DNA of 64,000 bases from Eledone cirrhosa. Lineage: Eukaryota. Position 1 is the stretch's first letter. Each line of letters begins with the position of its first letter. Made by a program: the position numbers and the translations under genes. A model generated the notes under the pieces. The model saw only the letters and a list, made by a program, of their open reading frames with translations. It searched no databases and was not told the origin of the DNA. The DNA is taken from positions 141,918,001 to 141,982,000 of the forward strand of contig OZ024742.1 in assembly GCA_964016885.1 (NCBI GenBank), written 5' to 3'. Shown here in pieces: positions 29,479-43,669 of this stretch.

Positions 29479-30425
29479 TCTATATATATAAAACTGTGGT
29501 TGTCTGTCTGTCTATCGATTTTTGGGACACATCTCCTCTTAGAATCTCTCACGGAATTGCACCGAAATTGCTATACTTGTACATTGAGCCCTAGCGAAGA
29601 CATCGGAAAAAGAATATTTCAAATTGACCCACCCTATGTGACGAAATCGAATATAATGTATCGATTTTTGAGCGTAAGTTATCAGTTATTTCCCTTTGTT
29701 CTGTTTACATTGAGCGTCTTACGTAAAAAATTACGCTGGCTTTCTCAGCGTTTAAAATGACATTAACACAATACACGAACAGTTGTCGAGCCAGCAAAAT
29801 ATTGACCTGCAAAATTCATCAGTTCGAACACTAAGCTTCCGTTTTGCTTCATTTCCATTTAAAAGCATTTTAAAACAATATTTTTACTTGAAAACAAGTC
29901 TATTTAAAGACTACGTAAAACAAGCAAATATTTCGTCGTTAGGCGTGCAGACAGACAGTCGTGCAGACAGACAGTCGTGCAGAGAGGTGATATACGCGTG
30001 CAGACAGATAGTCGTGCAGAGAGGTGATATAGGCGTGCAGACAGACAGTCGTGCAGAGAGGTGATATAGGCGTGCAGACAGACAGTCGTGCAGAGAGGTG
30101 ATATAGGCGTGCAGACAGACATAACTGATAATTTGGTTACGCTAATGTTTTTCTCTGCGTTGCAGTGTTTACATTTTCGATCTTTGTTAATAAATAACCA
30201 GTGCAGTTTCTATCCCCAGCATCCTCTTTTGTTATAACATTCGGGTTATCGTTATGTTTTCTTAACTTCATAAGGCATATTGTTGGTTGAGGGAATATTA
30301 ATCAAAACACCACATGCAAGTCTGCACAGTAGACACTACAGTTTTTAAGCCAAGAAAGAAACTTAACATTGTAACTTTAACACAGCTACTGAGCGACCCC
30401 GAGCAACGCCGGGCTTTACTGCTAG
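29479..30425 (+). mobile_element. Non-autonomous Helitron with an internal minisatellite
   Basis: Inserted between A and T; 5' TCTATATATA; 3' hairpin cccgagcaacgccggg followed by CTAG. Confidence 0.75.
29941..30121. repeat. 37 bp minisatellite, about 5 units
   Basis: Unit aggcgtgcagacagacagtcgtgcagagaggtgatat. Confidence 0.9.
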
Positions 30426-30672
30426 TATATAATAAACCCTGACTATCAATAGTTTCTGTACTGCGTTCTGCTCATAACGGTTACAGAATGAACTGGTATT
30501 CAAAAGGGTTATGTAATATCGGCTGTCATTACATATCTGAGCACTGAAGTGTGTCGTCAGCGTCTATTGCTTAACTCAAACTGCAAATTTTGTCCCTGGA
30601 TTCACTAAGTGTAACAGTCGATTTTCCCCTTCCACAAAATTGTTGGCCTTATGCCTAAATAAGGAACCATTA

Positions 30673-30965
30673 GGTCGGACGCCATGCTTTGACGCAAAGA
30701 GTTACGGCCCTTTCCATTCTGAGTTCAAATCCTGCCGAGGTTAACTTTGCTTTTCATCCTTACGGGGTCGATAAAATAAAGTACCAGTAATACACTGGGT
30801 AATTGCTGGCCTTGTACCAAAAGTAGAAACAATTATTTCTTATTGACGAGGGTAGTGAATTGGCAGAAGAGTTAGAGTGTCGGAAAACTGCTCTGTGACA
30901 TTGAGTTACGGCTCTTTACTTTCTGAGTTCAAAACCGGCCGATGTTAACTTTGCCTTTCATCCTT
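30673..30965 (+). mobile_element. Two adjacent SINE copies
   Basis: Core at 30720-30832; more diverged copy at 30848-30965. Confidence 0.8.
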
Positions 30966-30973
30966 CTTCTTCG

Positions 30974-31004
<31 letters not shown>

Positions 31005-31006
31005 AA

Positions 31007-31237
31007 TTATTGTGTACAGTGCTCAGGTGCACTACAACCCATCAAAGGTGCATGTATAGTACATAGAATAATGTACAAATGTCAGGAAAATGAACAGTGT
31101 ACGAGTCATGATATAATAACAATAACAATAATAAAATATTGTGTACAGTGCCCAGGTGCACCACAACTCATCAAAAAAGTGCATATACAGTACATAGGGC
31201 AATGCACAAACATCAGTAAAATATAAAGTACGAGTCA
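31007..31237 (-). repeat. Two tandem ~100 bp retroposon 3' ends, each with a (TTA)n-type tail
   Basis: attgtgtacagtgc.caggtgcac.acaac.catcaaa..tacgagtca at 31007 and 31137, each preceded by taa/caa repeats. Confidence 0.6.
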
Positions 31238-31540
31238 AGTTCTGGGATTATTTAATGAATTTATCGAAGCATGTCCATCATATAAACAATTAAAGGTAAA
31301 TACGTAATCGAGGGGTTTCTATATCCTGTCACCTATTGTAGTAACCTTAAATGGATGTACTTATTTGCATATTATTAACGCTAATGTTAGTAGGTAATTA
31401 AGATATATATTAATTTAAGAAGCCGAAGTATATGATAAGTTATATAAATGCGCAAAAATGACTTTCTCTCCCTTTTCTCTCTCTCTTTCTCCCTCTCTCT
31501 TTCTCTCTCTCTTTCTCTCACTCTCTCTTACTCTCTATCC

Positions 31541-31572
<32 letters not shown>

Positions 31573-31583
31573 GCATATGTTTG

Positions 31584-31628
<45 letters not shown>

Positions 31629-32071
31629 GTATATGTTTGTTATAATCTTTGTTATATATACCCATTTTGACATACATACACGTACATATTTAGGTACATA
31701 GTAAATGTGTTGAAATAAACTGTCGGGAATAAAATAGATAAAAATTAAAATATAAGAAATTTTCTCTATAAATATATTTATGTTGAATAGATTTCAATAT
31801 AATTATTTTCCACTTAGTTCCATTAAAAAAATATCGACAGTTAATAGCTCCTTAATTTCTTACTACTGCTGCTACAAATAGAACGGCTGTTACTGATCCT
31901 GATGATGTAGTCTATATTGTTTTTAAAGGAATGTCTTATATTATTCTTGGTGTTTATGTTGATATAAACTGTTTGGTGTAACGTTTGCTATTCAGTTTTG
32001 TTTTGAATTTGCTCTGAATGTTTTTTGGGTTTTTTTCAGCTTAGTGTTGTAAATATATTTCTTTACAAAGG

Positions 32072-32106
<35 letters not shown>

Positions 32107-32110
32107 GTAG

Positions 32111-32145
<35 letters not shown>

Positions 32146-32592
32146 TAAATAAAATTTATAACAGAGATTAAGAAAATAAACATTTAAAAGACCAAACATA
32201 ACAAATTCTCCCAAAGTGGGGAAACTCTGCTGTTGGTCACTCCTGATGAAAGACCCCAAAAACCACGATCCACTAGGGCAAGTGCCCCCTTCCAGTTTTT
32301 CTCCTCTAATCTACAGGCGTATACGCAAGGCAGTCTCATTCACACAGACCATGTTCGCCTCTCTCACTCACATTTAAAATAAATGGTTGGAAGGCAGTAT
32401 TTCCCTCTCCAATCTGGTTTTCTTCTTCAAGCGAAACCTGAAAAAGTTAATCAGGGCTTCACCGAAGAGGAAAATGCTTGTCTTCAGCACTTTCAAACGC
32501 GTCAACCTCACGACCTCTTTGGCCATAGACACCAGGCTGATAAAAGCTGCCTGACCTTCCCCATTAAATGAAGACGGTGGGACGATCTTCAT

Positions 32593-32774
32593 AATTGTTT
32601 CTATTTTAGGCACAAGGCCAGCAATCACCCAGTACATTACTGGTACTTTATTTTATCGACCCCGTAAGGATGAAAGGCAAAGTTAACCTCGGCGGGATTT
32701 GAACTCAGATCATACGTAACTCTATGCTTCAAAGCATGGTGTCCGACTCTCTACCGATACTGCCAATCCACCGT
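32593..32774 (-). mobile_element. Full-length tRNA-derived SINE
   Basis: Reverse complement of 34497-34684. Confidence 0.9.
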
Positions 32775-33476
32775 CTTCATAATGAACTCAGTTGATAGTC
32801 ATATCCGTCTAACGTGTGACAGCAGGTGCTCGTCATAAGCCCTCAGGTCAGTAACACAATCAGTGCCTGCAGGACAGTTTAGTCACCCTGTGCGTATCTC
32901 AGGCAGGCCTGGCTGACAACACTTTCTTGACTGTAGAGTTTATCTCGAACTGACAAAGCTCCTCAGTAGCTCTGGCAGGCCAGCCAGTCACAGGGGTCGA
33001 TTTAATCGACTTTCCCGTCCTCCAAAATTGCTGGCCTTGTGCATAAAGTAGAAACAGCTATTATCATTGTTATCAATAGGATGGTGGAATAATGACGATG
33101 ACGATCTTATTGATTTCATAAAATAATTTCCAAGTCGTAGCATTAAAAATAAACTCAAACAAACACGGTGGTTATGGTTTCTTTTTTTTACTGAAATTTC
33201 CGTATTTAGTGCAGAGAGAACAATGTAGCTCACATATTCAACGTTATTTTCATTGGTTATCAATGTATGTGTGCAAGTATGTGTGTGTGCTAGTATGTGT
33301 GCGCGCGTTTATATTTGTATCTATCTATATATATACATACACACGCGTATATTTATACAATTTGTATATATATATATATCTGTATTTATACAAGTATAAC
33401 TTTATCATATATATATATATATATTCCATCTGATGTTATAAAAACCTTACAATTCGATTAGACACACTCACACACG

Positions 33477-33525
<49 letters not shown>

Positions 33526-33627
33526 TACATATATATTTCTGCGTTTGTGTCTATGTTTACATATGTATATGTGTTGTGTGTGTCTATAAGTGTGGTTATA
33601 ATTATGTATGTATGTAATTAATTTGTA

Positions 33628-33696
<69 letters not shown>

Positions 33697-33699
<3 letters not shown>

Positions 33700-34826
33700 G
33701 ATATAAATAAATGGAAACTATATTTATAAAACCATATTTATTCTGTTAATTATGTTTCAAGGGTACCAAAACTTTGATACGCGCTCATCAGATAAAATAC
33801 AAAATTTGTTTTATAAATATTGACATATCCAGGAAGGAGATCTTAACGGTTCAAGTTTTTCCTGGATAGTAAAAAGAAAAAGGGGAATGAGAGGAAAAAA
33901 TCAAATATTTCAACTTATTAAGACGAATATGCAAATGAGGTTGAGGTATAGGGCTGAAAAAAATGTTATTTTTAGACGCAGGTAGATTTAAATAATTATT
34001 AGGATATATAATGTATGTGTAGGAAGAAGAAAGAGAAAGAAAGAAAAGCTTGTATTTACGTGAATTTAAAAAGATTGAAATGTTAAGAATTAACAGTTTG
34101 TAGGAATGGTGGAATATGATTCCAGAATTTAAAAAAAATATATAGTTAAATTATGAGTTATAATATTATATATATAATCAATTAGATTATATGAAGAATT
34201 ATGGTTGTAAGTACATTTTATCTTATTATATTGCAACAGGTTGTAAGTATATAAATATCTATATACGTGTACAAGTGTATAAGTATAAGTATTATTGGTG
34301 ATTTTATAGATATAAAACACACGTATTAATTGTTTACGTTTCTAATATGAGTTACGAAGGATGTTGATTTTACATTTTACATATATATTTAAGAAAAAAA
34401 CGTAGTTCAAATTGTAAGAGAAGAACAATTTGTAGATTCAAATATTTTCATCCAACATTGAAAATATTTTCAGAACATTATTAATTTTTTTGAGGTCGGT
34501 GGATTGGCAGTATCGGTAGAGAGTCGGACACCATGCTTTGAAGCATAGAGTTACGTTCCTTTATGATCTGAGTTCAAATCCCGCCGAGGTTAACTTTGCC
34601 TTTCATCCTTACGGGGTCGATAAAATAAAGTACCAGTAATGTACTAGGTAATTGCTGGCCTTGTGCCTAATATAGAAACAATTATTAATTTAGCGAAATT
34701 ATATAATTTATCATACAAGTTATTATGTCTATGTTTGCTCAATTGTAACAGAACAGATAACTCCAATATTATTTATTAACCATTAAATTTGATGAATAAT
34801 TTGATGAATATTTAAATAAGAAATAC
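33697..34826 (-). mobile_element. Family A PLE 3' UTR fragment with hammerhead, interrupted by a SINE
   Basis: Starts at the family A short end (aaatggaaactatatttataaaaccatattta); minus strand has CTGATGA..GAAA at about 33735-33805; right boundary uncertain. Confidence 0.65.
34497..34684 (+). mobile_element. Full-length tRNA-derived SINE (reference copy; about 18 copies in the window)
   Basis: tggcagtatcgg A-box, gagttcaaatccc B-box, central ctttcatccttacggggtcgataaaat..agtacc domain resembling the MetaSINE-type core from memory. Confidence 0.9.
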
Positions 34827-34844
34827 ATATACATATATATTGAG

Positions 34845-37101
34845 AATTTCCCTCCCCCCCGGCCCACACCCTCTCCTCTTCACCCTAGATATCAAGTCCC
34901 TCTATACTGTCATCCCCCACGCCGACGGCCTACGTGCCCTCCGGCACTACCCCGACCTTCGCCCCTCCCCCATCTTCTCCACCCGCACCAACTTCGCCTC
35001 GCTAAGCTGGTCCTCACCCTCAACTGCTTCTCCTTCTCGGGTGAGTTTTACCAACAGGTCACGGGGGTAGCCATGGACACAAGAATGGGCCCAAACTATG
35101 CCAACCTTTTCGTTGGCCATGTTGAGGCCCAAATCTTTGCCCAGTACACCGGCCCCACGCCCGAACTGTACGGTCGTTACATCGATACCTGCATCGGAGC
35201 GACGACCCTCACACGAGAACAGCTCGACTCCTTTCTCTCCTTCTGCTCCTTCCATGGTCCCAACAGCCACTCTCTCTCTGTCCGGCACGCCTTCCGCTGC
35301 ACCTCCTCCAACCTAGTCTATGGACTTCGCTGCACGGAGTGAGGCGCAACTACGTCGGACAGACTGGACGTCGCCCGGCGGACCGTTTCACGGAACACCT
35401 CCGGGATATTCGTCTTGGTGGGATTCCCCGATCGCCCGCCACTTTTGCTCCCCTGGACATTCCGCCCACCACCTCACAATGCCATGGAACACCCGCCACC
35501 CGCCTTACGGTCGAACAACGCACCATCTTCACCCTCCAGACCCACACACTCCCCGGCCCAAACTCCCCACTCCTATTCCTTTAGCCTTCGACCAAACAAA
35601 TTCCCCACTAACACACTCGTCCTTTTCACCGCCCTACTCCCTTGGCCCATCCCACAACTAACAATACTAACGCCCCACTCCCGGCCCTTCCCCAACTAAC
35701 TATACTAACATCCCCACCCCTCCCCCTAACACGCACACACCCACCTGAACATATATACACGCACTCACACACCCTACTACCACCACTAACTCTCACCCAC
35801 ACATCCACTCTGACCACCCCACAACTAACATCACTAACCTCCCCCCGACCCCACTCACACAAACACACACCATCACACACACATAAACCCGCACCTATGT
35901 ACACCACCCACTCCACTCACCCAACCACCACTAACCCCCACTATACACCCGCTTTCAACCCTTTCCCTGCCACCAGTATATGACACACACACTCATCCAA
36001 ACACGCACACACACACCAGTACACTACACTACCTCTTCCGTCCCCAACACCTCTTCTCTCCCTCTAACTCTCCCCGCTCCAACTACACGCCTTCACACAC
36101 ACACATCCCACTAACACCTTTACTAATATACATCCCCCCCACATCACCACCTTCCTCCTCCACCCTTCACACCTACCCATCCTCTCCCCTGTCCACCGCA
36201 CCACCGCACACACAGATACACACACTGACCGTTTCTCCACCTGTCATCCTCTACTGCTATCTCTTCACCCTTCCTTGACCCTCTGACCACTTCCTGTTGC
36301 GCGCGCACCCCACTTCCCTCCACTTCCGACCACCACCAACATTGGATTCTACACCACCGGTCATCGTTCCAGCCATCCACTCCATAACATGAAACATTTC
36401 CAGCATTTCATCGCAGGAATTCACCTTAGGAACTTATCCACGAACATTCACTCACATTTTTTTTCGCACCACGCCACCTACATCCACACCACGTATAAAC
36501 ACAAACACACACGTGCGTACCCCCACATATACACACTCAGCCTCCGGAACCCAAACGCCCTGACCCCTCTCCTTCCACACGCACGCAGACACCGACTTAC
36601 ACCCCACCTCACGCACACACCTTTTCCTGAACATGGAACCTCGTTCTTCCCCCAACTCTCACGTTCACATACACACGCACACACACACGTACACCTACAC
36701 ACATACACAAACACCACCTTCAGCCTTCCCCGTTTCGACCCCCCTCCCCCCCCCCCCCCCCCCCCCCCACCTCCCTCTCCCAACTCCACCCGCCACCACC
36801 CTTACACGCCTCACACCCTTCCACCACTTGGTCATTTTATTGTTTATGTTTTATGTTTATTTTTATGTTTATTTTAATTTTTATTTTTATTTGTTCTCCT
36901 TCCCCCTTTTTTCTAAATGTCTTTCCACTCCTCCTCTACACACCCTCGGAACTCTCCTCCTACCCAATTTTCTCCTGAAGAAGGGCTTATGCCCGAAACG
37001 CGCCCCCCCCCCCCCCCCTCCCCCACTCTCAAGAGCGTGAACCTAATAAACCTATATTTGTCTGCCTCTCTGTTTTCGTTCATTCCCGTCCAATTTTTCA
37101 C

Positions 37102-37102
<1 letters not shown>
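34845..37102 (+). mobile_element. Degenerate Neptune-like PLE: RT and GIY-YIG remnants, C-rich 3' UTR, hammerhead
   Basis: LFTLDIKSLYTVIPH, AMDTRMGPNYANLFVG, YGRYID, CTSSNLVYGLRC, YVGQTGRR..RFTEH in shifting frames with internal deletions. Confidence 0.88.
36975..37004 (+). ncRNA. Hammerhead core
   Basis: CTGAAGA agggc-ttat-gccc GAAA cgcg; cleavage triplet decayed and stem I not evident. Confidence 0.55.
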
Positions 37103-37133
<31 letters not shown>

Positions 37134-37134
37134 A

Positions 37135-37378
37135 GTAGAAAGGGTATTTAATTTGTTGGAAGTTCAACAAATAAAAATGTTTATAATTGATTTAGAGCAC
37201 TCAACAATTTATTGGAGTAAATATTCAATGATATTAAATAAATGGAAACTATATTTATAAAACCATATTTATTTTATTATATATATTTGAAGGGTATCAA
37301 GACACATTGATACGCTTTCATCAGATAAAATACAATGTTTGTTTTATAAATATAGTTTCCATTTATTTAATATCATTG
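37135..37378. mobile_element. Family A asymmetric fold-back: long minus arm 37135-37336, short inverted arm 37341-37378
   Basis: 37226-37263 is inverted at 37341-37378; tail 37135-37225; hammerhead with GAAA mutated to CAAA. Confidence 0.85.
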
Positions 37379-37439
<61 letters not shown>

Positions 37440-37451
37440 CCATTTCTATAT

Positions 37452-37498
<47 letters not shown>

Positions 37499-37504
<6 letters not shown>

Positions 37505-38140
37505 ACTAGAAATAAACACATGAAACAATCACAGGGATAATTTGTAAAGTGTGTAATCACACATAGCTAGGTTGGTAACTAATTAAAGTTTAACTAGAGC
37601 TTCAAATATTACCTTTTTAAAAAAATATTAATCCTCCTTGTATATATTAAAGAAATATATTTCACCGTTAATCCGTAAAGTCACAGTAGTAAAATCTTGG
37701 ATCTTTAGCAATCTGTGTTTACACATCAAATGCAAATCTGCGAGTGACCCATCGCACATGCTGCAATTCTAAAACTACTAACAACATGCTAGCGTCATCA
37801 CATTGGCATGAATAGGGTGATCGACCGCTATAAATAGCAGCTGAGTCCTTTCAACTGATTTAGCTTTTCAATTAAGGAGCCGAAATATATACAAGGAGGA
37901 TTAATCATTTTTTAAAAAGGCAATATTTGAAGCTCTAGTTAAACTCTAATTAGTTACCTACATAGCTATGCGTGATTACACACTTTACAAATTATCCCCT
38001 GTGATTGTTTCATGTGTTTATTTTAAATATATATATAAGTCAATAAATTTCTAGTTGATATAAAATGCTCGGATATATTCATTGGAATCTTTGAGCTTAT
38101 TCTACGGTGGATATGGCGCATGCCTCGGAAATGACTCCCT
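37499..38140. mobile_element. Fold-back element with arms about 37499-37645 and 37886-38060, tail 38061-38140
   Basis: About 145 bp diverged inverted arms; tail starts with a GCTC..GAGC bulged hairpin. Confidence 0.8.
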
Positions 38141-38165
38141 TAATTTAATTTAATTTAATTAATTT

Positions 38166-38220
<55 letters not shown>

Positions 38221-38315
38221 AGAGCGTGAATCTAATAAACCTTTGTTCGTACTGCCTCTCTGTTTTGTTCCCGTTCAATTTTTCACTATATATATATACT
38301 TATATATATGTATGT

Positions 38316-38480
38316 GCGTCCATGGATACACTGGAAGAGGAAGACCAAGCTTAACGTATGTTGATGCCCTAAGGACAGACACTGGTCTGTTGGAGACGCA
38401 GGACATGGCAACGATAATGAGGGACAGAGACCGCTGGAGAGAACTGGTCCATGGATCTCGAGAATTTTACCCGCCCTAGA
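38316..38480 (+). mobile_element. RTE-like LINE extreme 3' fragment
   Basis: HGYTGRGRPSLTYVDALRTDTGL..MRDRDRWRELV. Confidence 0.6.
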
Positions 38481-38815
38481 TAGATAGATGCATGTATATA
38501 CTACCAATTAATTATAACCAGTCCAGTTTGCACTATATGCAAACGAGCATTTCCAGTCGATGCTTTCTATCTCCTATATGCGAATGACCATATGCAGAAT
38601 ATCATTAATGAGTTATTAACGAATATTGAAACAGCTGTCTGACATTCTCAATGGCTACTGAGATATCTGTGACCTGTCCTCAGAGCAAAAGAGAAAAATA
38701 TTTCTTTCATAACTCAAAAATATATTTTCTCTGATAGCGAGGCTCTCACATGTTTATTTAACATAGAATATATGCTTTCCTAAATACCCTATTATGTATA
38801 TATACATGCATGGAG

Positions 38816-39372
38816 CTTTATTTTATCGACCCCGTAAGGATGAAAAACAAAGCTAACCTCGGCAGGATTTGAAAGCATGTTGTCCGACACTCTACCGATA
38901 CTGTCTCTACCGTTACTCTACCGTCCTGATTGCTATAAATAATTATTTCTACTTTCGGCACAAGGCCAGCAATTACCCCAGTGCATTACTAGTACTTTAT
39001 TTTATCGACCCCGTAAGGTTGAAAGGCAAAGTTAACCTCGGCGGGATTTGAACTCAGAATGGAAAGGGCCGTAACTCTATGCTGCAAAGCATAGCGTCCG
39101 ACCCTCTACCGATACTGCCAATCCACCGCCATTGCTATAAATAATGATTTCTAGTATAGGCACAAGGCCAGTAATTTGGTGGAAGGGGAAAGTCGATTAA
39201 ATCGACCCCAATACGTTACTGGTGCTTTATTTATCGACCCCGTAAGGATGAAAGGCAAAGTTAACCTCGGCGGGATTTGAACTCAGAATGGAAAGGGCCG
39301 TAACTCTATGCTGCAAAGCATAGCGTCCGACCCTCTACCGATACTGCCAATCCACCGCCATTGCTATAAATA
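38816..39372 (-). mobile_element. Three consecutive SINE copies, including a near-identical tandem pair
   Basis: 39000-39144 is nearly identical to 39229-39374. Confidence 0.88.
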
Positions 39373-39871
39373 ATACCAAAACACACTTATCGATGGAAAA
39401 ACGCAGCTACTAGGGAGAATCGAATTCCGTATCTCTCAAATTACAAATTCTAACCATTAACTATACAACATCTGACAACATATTCCGTCTGAATTAGTTA
39501 GCTATACACAACAACTTTGAATGTAGAAACCTTCTATATAACCTGTCGAAGCCTTGGGTAATTTTGAAATTCTTACAAAATGTAGGAAATCTTATCATCA
39601 TCATCATCGTCATCATCATCATCGTTTACTCTTTCATCTTCTTTATTATCATCATCGTCATTGTTGTCGTTATCGTATCGCCAACTTTACAACTAACCCC
39701 ATCACCACCAACATTACTAATACCATCACCACCACTGCTGCCGCCACCATCCATCATACGTATTTATGATGTCAGATTTTCGTTACACATGTTCTTTTTA
39801 TATTGTAAGCTGTATTTCTCTGAATGATTTATCATCGAACAATTACATAAATGTTAACACACACTCATCTC

Positions 39872-39933
<62 letters not shown>

Positions 39934-42533
39934 GAATGTATGTACGTATTACCACCACGAGCGCTATACTACATGCAAATTAGTACGTCCACTTCAGAAT
40001 ACTACTGTGGGTATTCTACTATGGACATATAGACCCATCAAATGCATGTTTCCTTGTGATTGTTTGGATGATATACACACCTTGTAATGGGGACTCAGAT
40101 AGGTCTGAAAATCAATTGGAGGTGTTTATCAATTTTTTCAATTTACTGAGAAATTTGTATTTCTGACATGTTTATATGCCTAAATATTGAAAATGTTTGT
40201 ATTTACATTCACATTTGGCGCAGTCTCGTTACCCATTCTTTATCTATACAAGTATGGCTTGTGTACGTGTGTGCCCATACTTATTTAGACTTTTTTAATG
40301 TTTGAATATATATACTTATATATACAATAGTATTTTAGTCTTTATATTTTGACTAAATAGTTTTATTTTATCAATTATTTTACAGATTAAAAAGAAAAAA
40401 GCTAAACAGATTTTATTAAATAAAATGAAGCAATCACCGGTTCATCTTCTTCTAATGTAAGTTCTTTCTTTCTGATTCATTTATTTTTGTTTCCTTTTGA
40501 AATTATCCAACAAAACACATTATTAACAAATATGTGTTTATTTTTATTTAAATTCTGTTCTACCTATTAAATTACTGGATTTATTGCTCGAGTCGTATTA
40601 TTGTACTCTTTTAAATATTAGCTAGAAAATATAATAATTTTATTTCATATGAAGTAGCCCTTGAAATGAATCGCACATCGGTTTTAATGATGAGCATTCA
40701 ACACACGAATTAACGTGTAAATAGTTGCGTAATTCCACAAACGCATGTGCCCTTAACGTAACTCTGAAACCGAATCAGCATGACACAATGTGAAGTTGCT
40801 TGAACTTTCAATTAAATGTAGAATCCATTTAACGGTCTTCCACACAGCTTTCGTTTACTCACTTTCACTTACAGGGCTTTGCTTGACCCGATGCTATGTT
40901 AAAGACATAGGATATCCCATTGTGGGATCAAATCTGGTATATCTGTATCACAAAGCGAAATCCTGAAACATTTAGCCATGCCTGCATCCACTATAGTAGC
41001 ATTCGTAAATGTAAGTCTGTGGTCTAGAGGCTGGAATGTGTTGATAAGAGACTGAATGTCATACACATAACAGATGGCTTTGTTAACTCCAGGTTTGCAC
41101 TGACTGACCAAACCTAAAGTGTCCCAATTTATTACTTTCCCACATTTTTGTTGATATGGAGGAGATAACGTGTCTATAGATAGGCCTGGGGTTGGAGAGC
41201 AACTATGTGAGAGAAATTTCGTATTATTTCCAAGAAAAAGAAAACACGTAAGAATGTATTTCCGGTTTTTTAATGTCAGTTCCTGTCTGAACTCTCAGCA
41301 AGTAAACTAATTGGTGCATGGCTACAGAATTCTTGAGAAAAATTGGATATTAGTTCATTTTGGAACTGACTCATTTGATTGCATAATTACACGGTCAATT
41401 CTGGTCTGAGATTTTAACAGATTAATATATATTAATATGTGGTGGTGAGTAGGGGTGTGGTCCGGAGCCAAGAACGCCGGAAGTCTCCACTACTACAGGT
41501 TCGACCACAAACCTATATGAAAGTGACCGATATTAGAAAGAATCAAAGTTGAATCATGTCCATGTCATGATTATTACAACAAATTGTTTGGGAAAGACGA
41601 ATATTATATCAAATTTGAAATATAGGTTCTGAGTAATGGTATTTGTTTTAGTGTAATATACCCCAAAACTAATAGTACAACTCAGCATCGTTACCCTGGT
41701 GATGCAGAGCTCGACGGAGTGAAGAAGCATTCCCTGAAGCCCGTCTTATGTATGTAAGAATGTGTGTGAGTGGGTGAGTATATTAGTATAGAACCGGTCA
41801 AAAACAGTAAAAGGATATTTAATTTAATATTTACTTGATAACGTTTAACATAAAGATGTTAAAATCTTCGATTTTTACTTGGCTCTCTCCCTGTTATAGC
41901 TCCGGCCATCCCTGTATTTCAATTTACATTCTTTTAAATCGATCACAATAATTTTCAATAAATAAATTGTTAGATAGACTAACAGACAAATAGGAAGATA
42001 GACAGACTAATAGACAGATAGGGAGATAGATAGATAAACGCAGAAATAGGTAGATAGATAGACATAGAAATATAAAGAGATTGGCAGACAAATACACAAT
42101 CAGATAGCTTGCTAGATAGATATGTTTCTTTATTAGCCACAGGGGCACAAAAGAAGGGGACAATTGCTAGATAGATAGATTCACAGCTAGCTAGACATAC
42201 TTTTTTCATTATCTAATGATAGATAGATAGATTTAGACAGCTGAAACATGTAGAGGATTGTGGTCTTTGTTGTTGTTGAAACCGAAGGCCCATAAACGCA
42301 CATCTACTACAATCACTCACAAACACACACGTGAGCGCGCACGCACACATAAAAACGCACATACACACACACACACATATATTCTTGGCTGTCGTGATCT
42401 GAGTGACTGTATTGTCAATTCTTTGCATGAGAGACGAGGCAGCAAAATATGAAATCACATGTGAACATTACCGCTTCTTGGACTTCTTAGTTTATAACAA
42501 AGTGGCTGTCACTTTATCATGAGGTTTATTATA

Positions 42534-42593
<60 letters not shown>

Positions 42594-43291
42594 TTGGGGA
42601 GGGTCATATTTTTCTAATAATATTGCCAGAATTAATAACAGAACACACTCATTGTTTGACCCTCACCAAGTATAACAATATTTGTTTCGACACACAATTT
42701 CATATCAAAAACCTCGCAAAACTAATTCATCGCCGTTATATATATATATATATGATAAACACAAAACGTGTTTGTATTGTAACAGACAAAGTTAGCTAGC
42801 AAGAAATAAACTAATTAAAGTGAATACAATTTGTCTGTCTCGATATAGTCAATAAAGACAAGCTTATATTGGCAAAAGCCGTGATTCCTGGACAAATTTA
42901 AATTTCAAAATCCAAACCCGCTCCGTAGATGAATTTGAACTTCGAAACCCAAATATGTTTCGCAACGATGGTACATGAATTGAAAAATAAAGAGAATCGA
43001 AATGGAATTGAAATAAAAAGTGAAATATCCAAATCTTCTGTGCTTATCAACAGGAATCCAGTAAAATTAGTACATTCCACCTTCAAAAATTTTGCAGGTC
43101 TGATTACACGTGTATGTAGCCAGCTATACTAGCCATCCCGTATTCCCGGTGCTAGAAATAACAGCCGTTTATACGGGATTAAAGATCAGCTCTACAGTTA
43201 AGGAGCAATATATTTTTCACTGCTCAGAAATGCCTCTTTCTTTGAGCTGATTAATTGTAAACGACTATGAGTTTAATGTCTAAATATAATA

Positions 43292-43344
<53 letters not shown>

Positions 43345-43349
<5 letters not shown>

Positions 43350-43530
43350 AACGAGTAGGACCCCGACGGCTGAGCTCAAGCCGTTTCGACGGCTAATTCT
43401 GGACCGCTAAATTAGCCGTCGAAACGGCTTGAGCTCAGCCGTCGGGGGTCCTACTCGTTCCTATTACCCACTCTACTACCCTAAGTATTGAGTACTTTGG
43501 TGCGTTATGGTCCACCTGGTTCCTTACCGT
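43345..43530. mobile_element. Family C fold-back copy (tail on the right)
   Basis: Arms 43345-43398 and 43410-43464; tail to 43530; TA flanks. Confidence 0.88.
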
Positions 43531-43576
43531 TATATATATATATATATATATATACATATTACACCTGGTTCCTCCG

Positions 43577-43669
<93 letters not shown>

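Noticed and set aside
29941-30121. 37 bp repeats as a CRISPR array
   Set aside because: No unique spacers, eukaryotic context and no cas genes; it is a minisatellite
34497-34600. tRNA gene
   Set aside because: A and B boxes are present but no full cloverleaf is evident, and it is attached to a multicopy SINE body
35330-35350. TGA at the second Cys of CxxC in the GIY-YIG remnant as a possible selenocysteine
   Set aside because: The downstream YVGQTGR motif is in another frame; a 1 nt deletion (tgc agg to tgagg) explains it
43128-43155. actag..cccg..cgg as a minus-strand Helitron 3' end
   Set aside because: Weak hairpin and no matching 5' end identified
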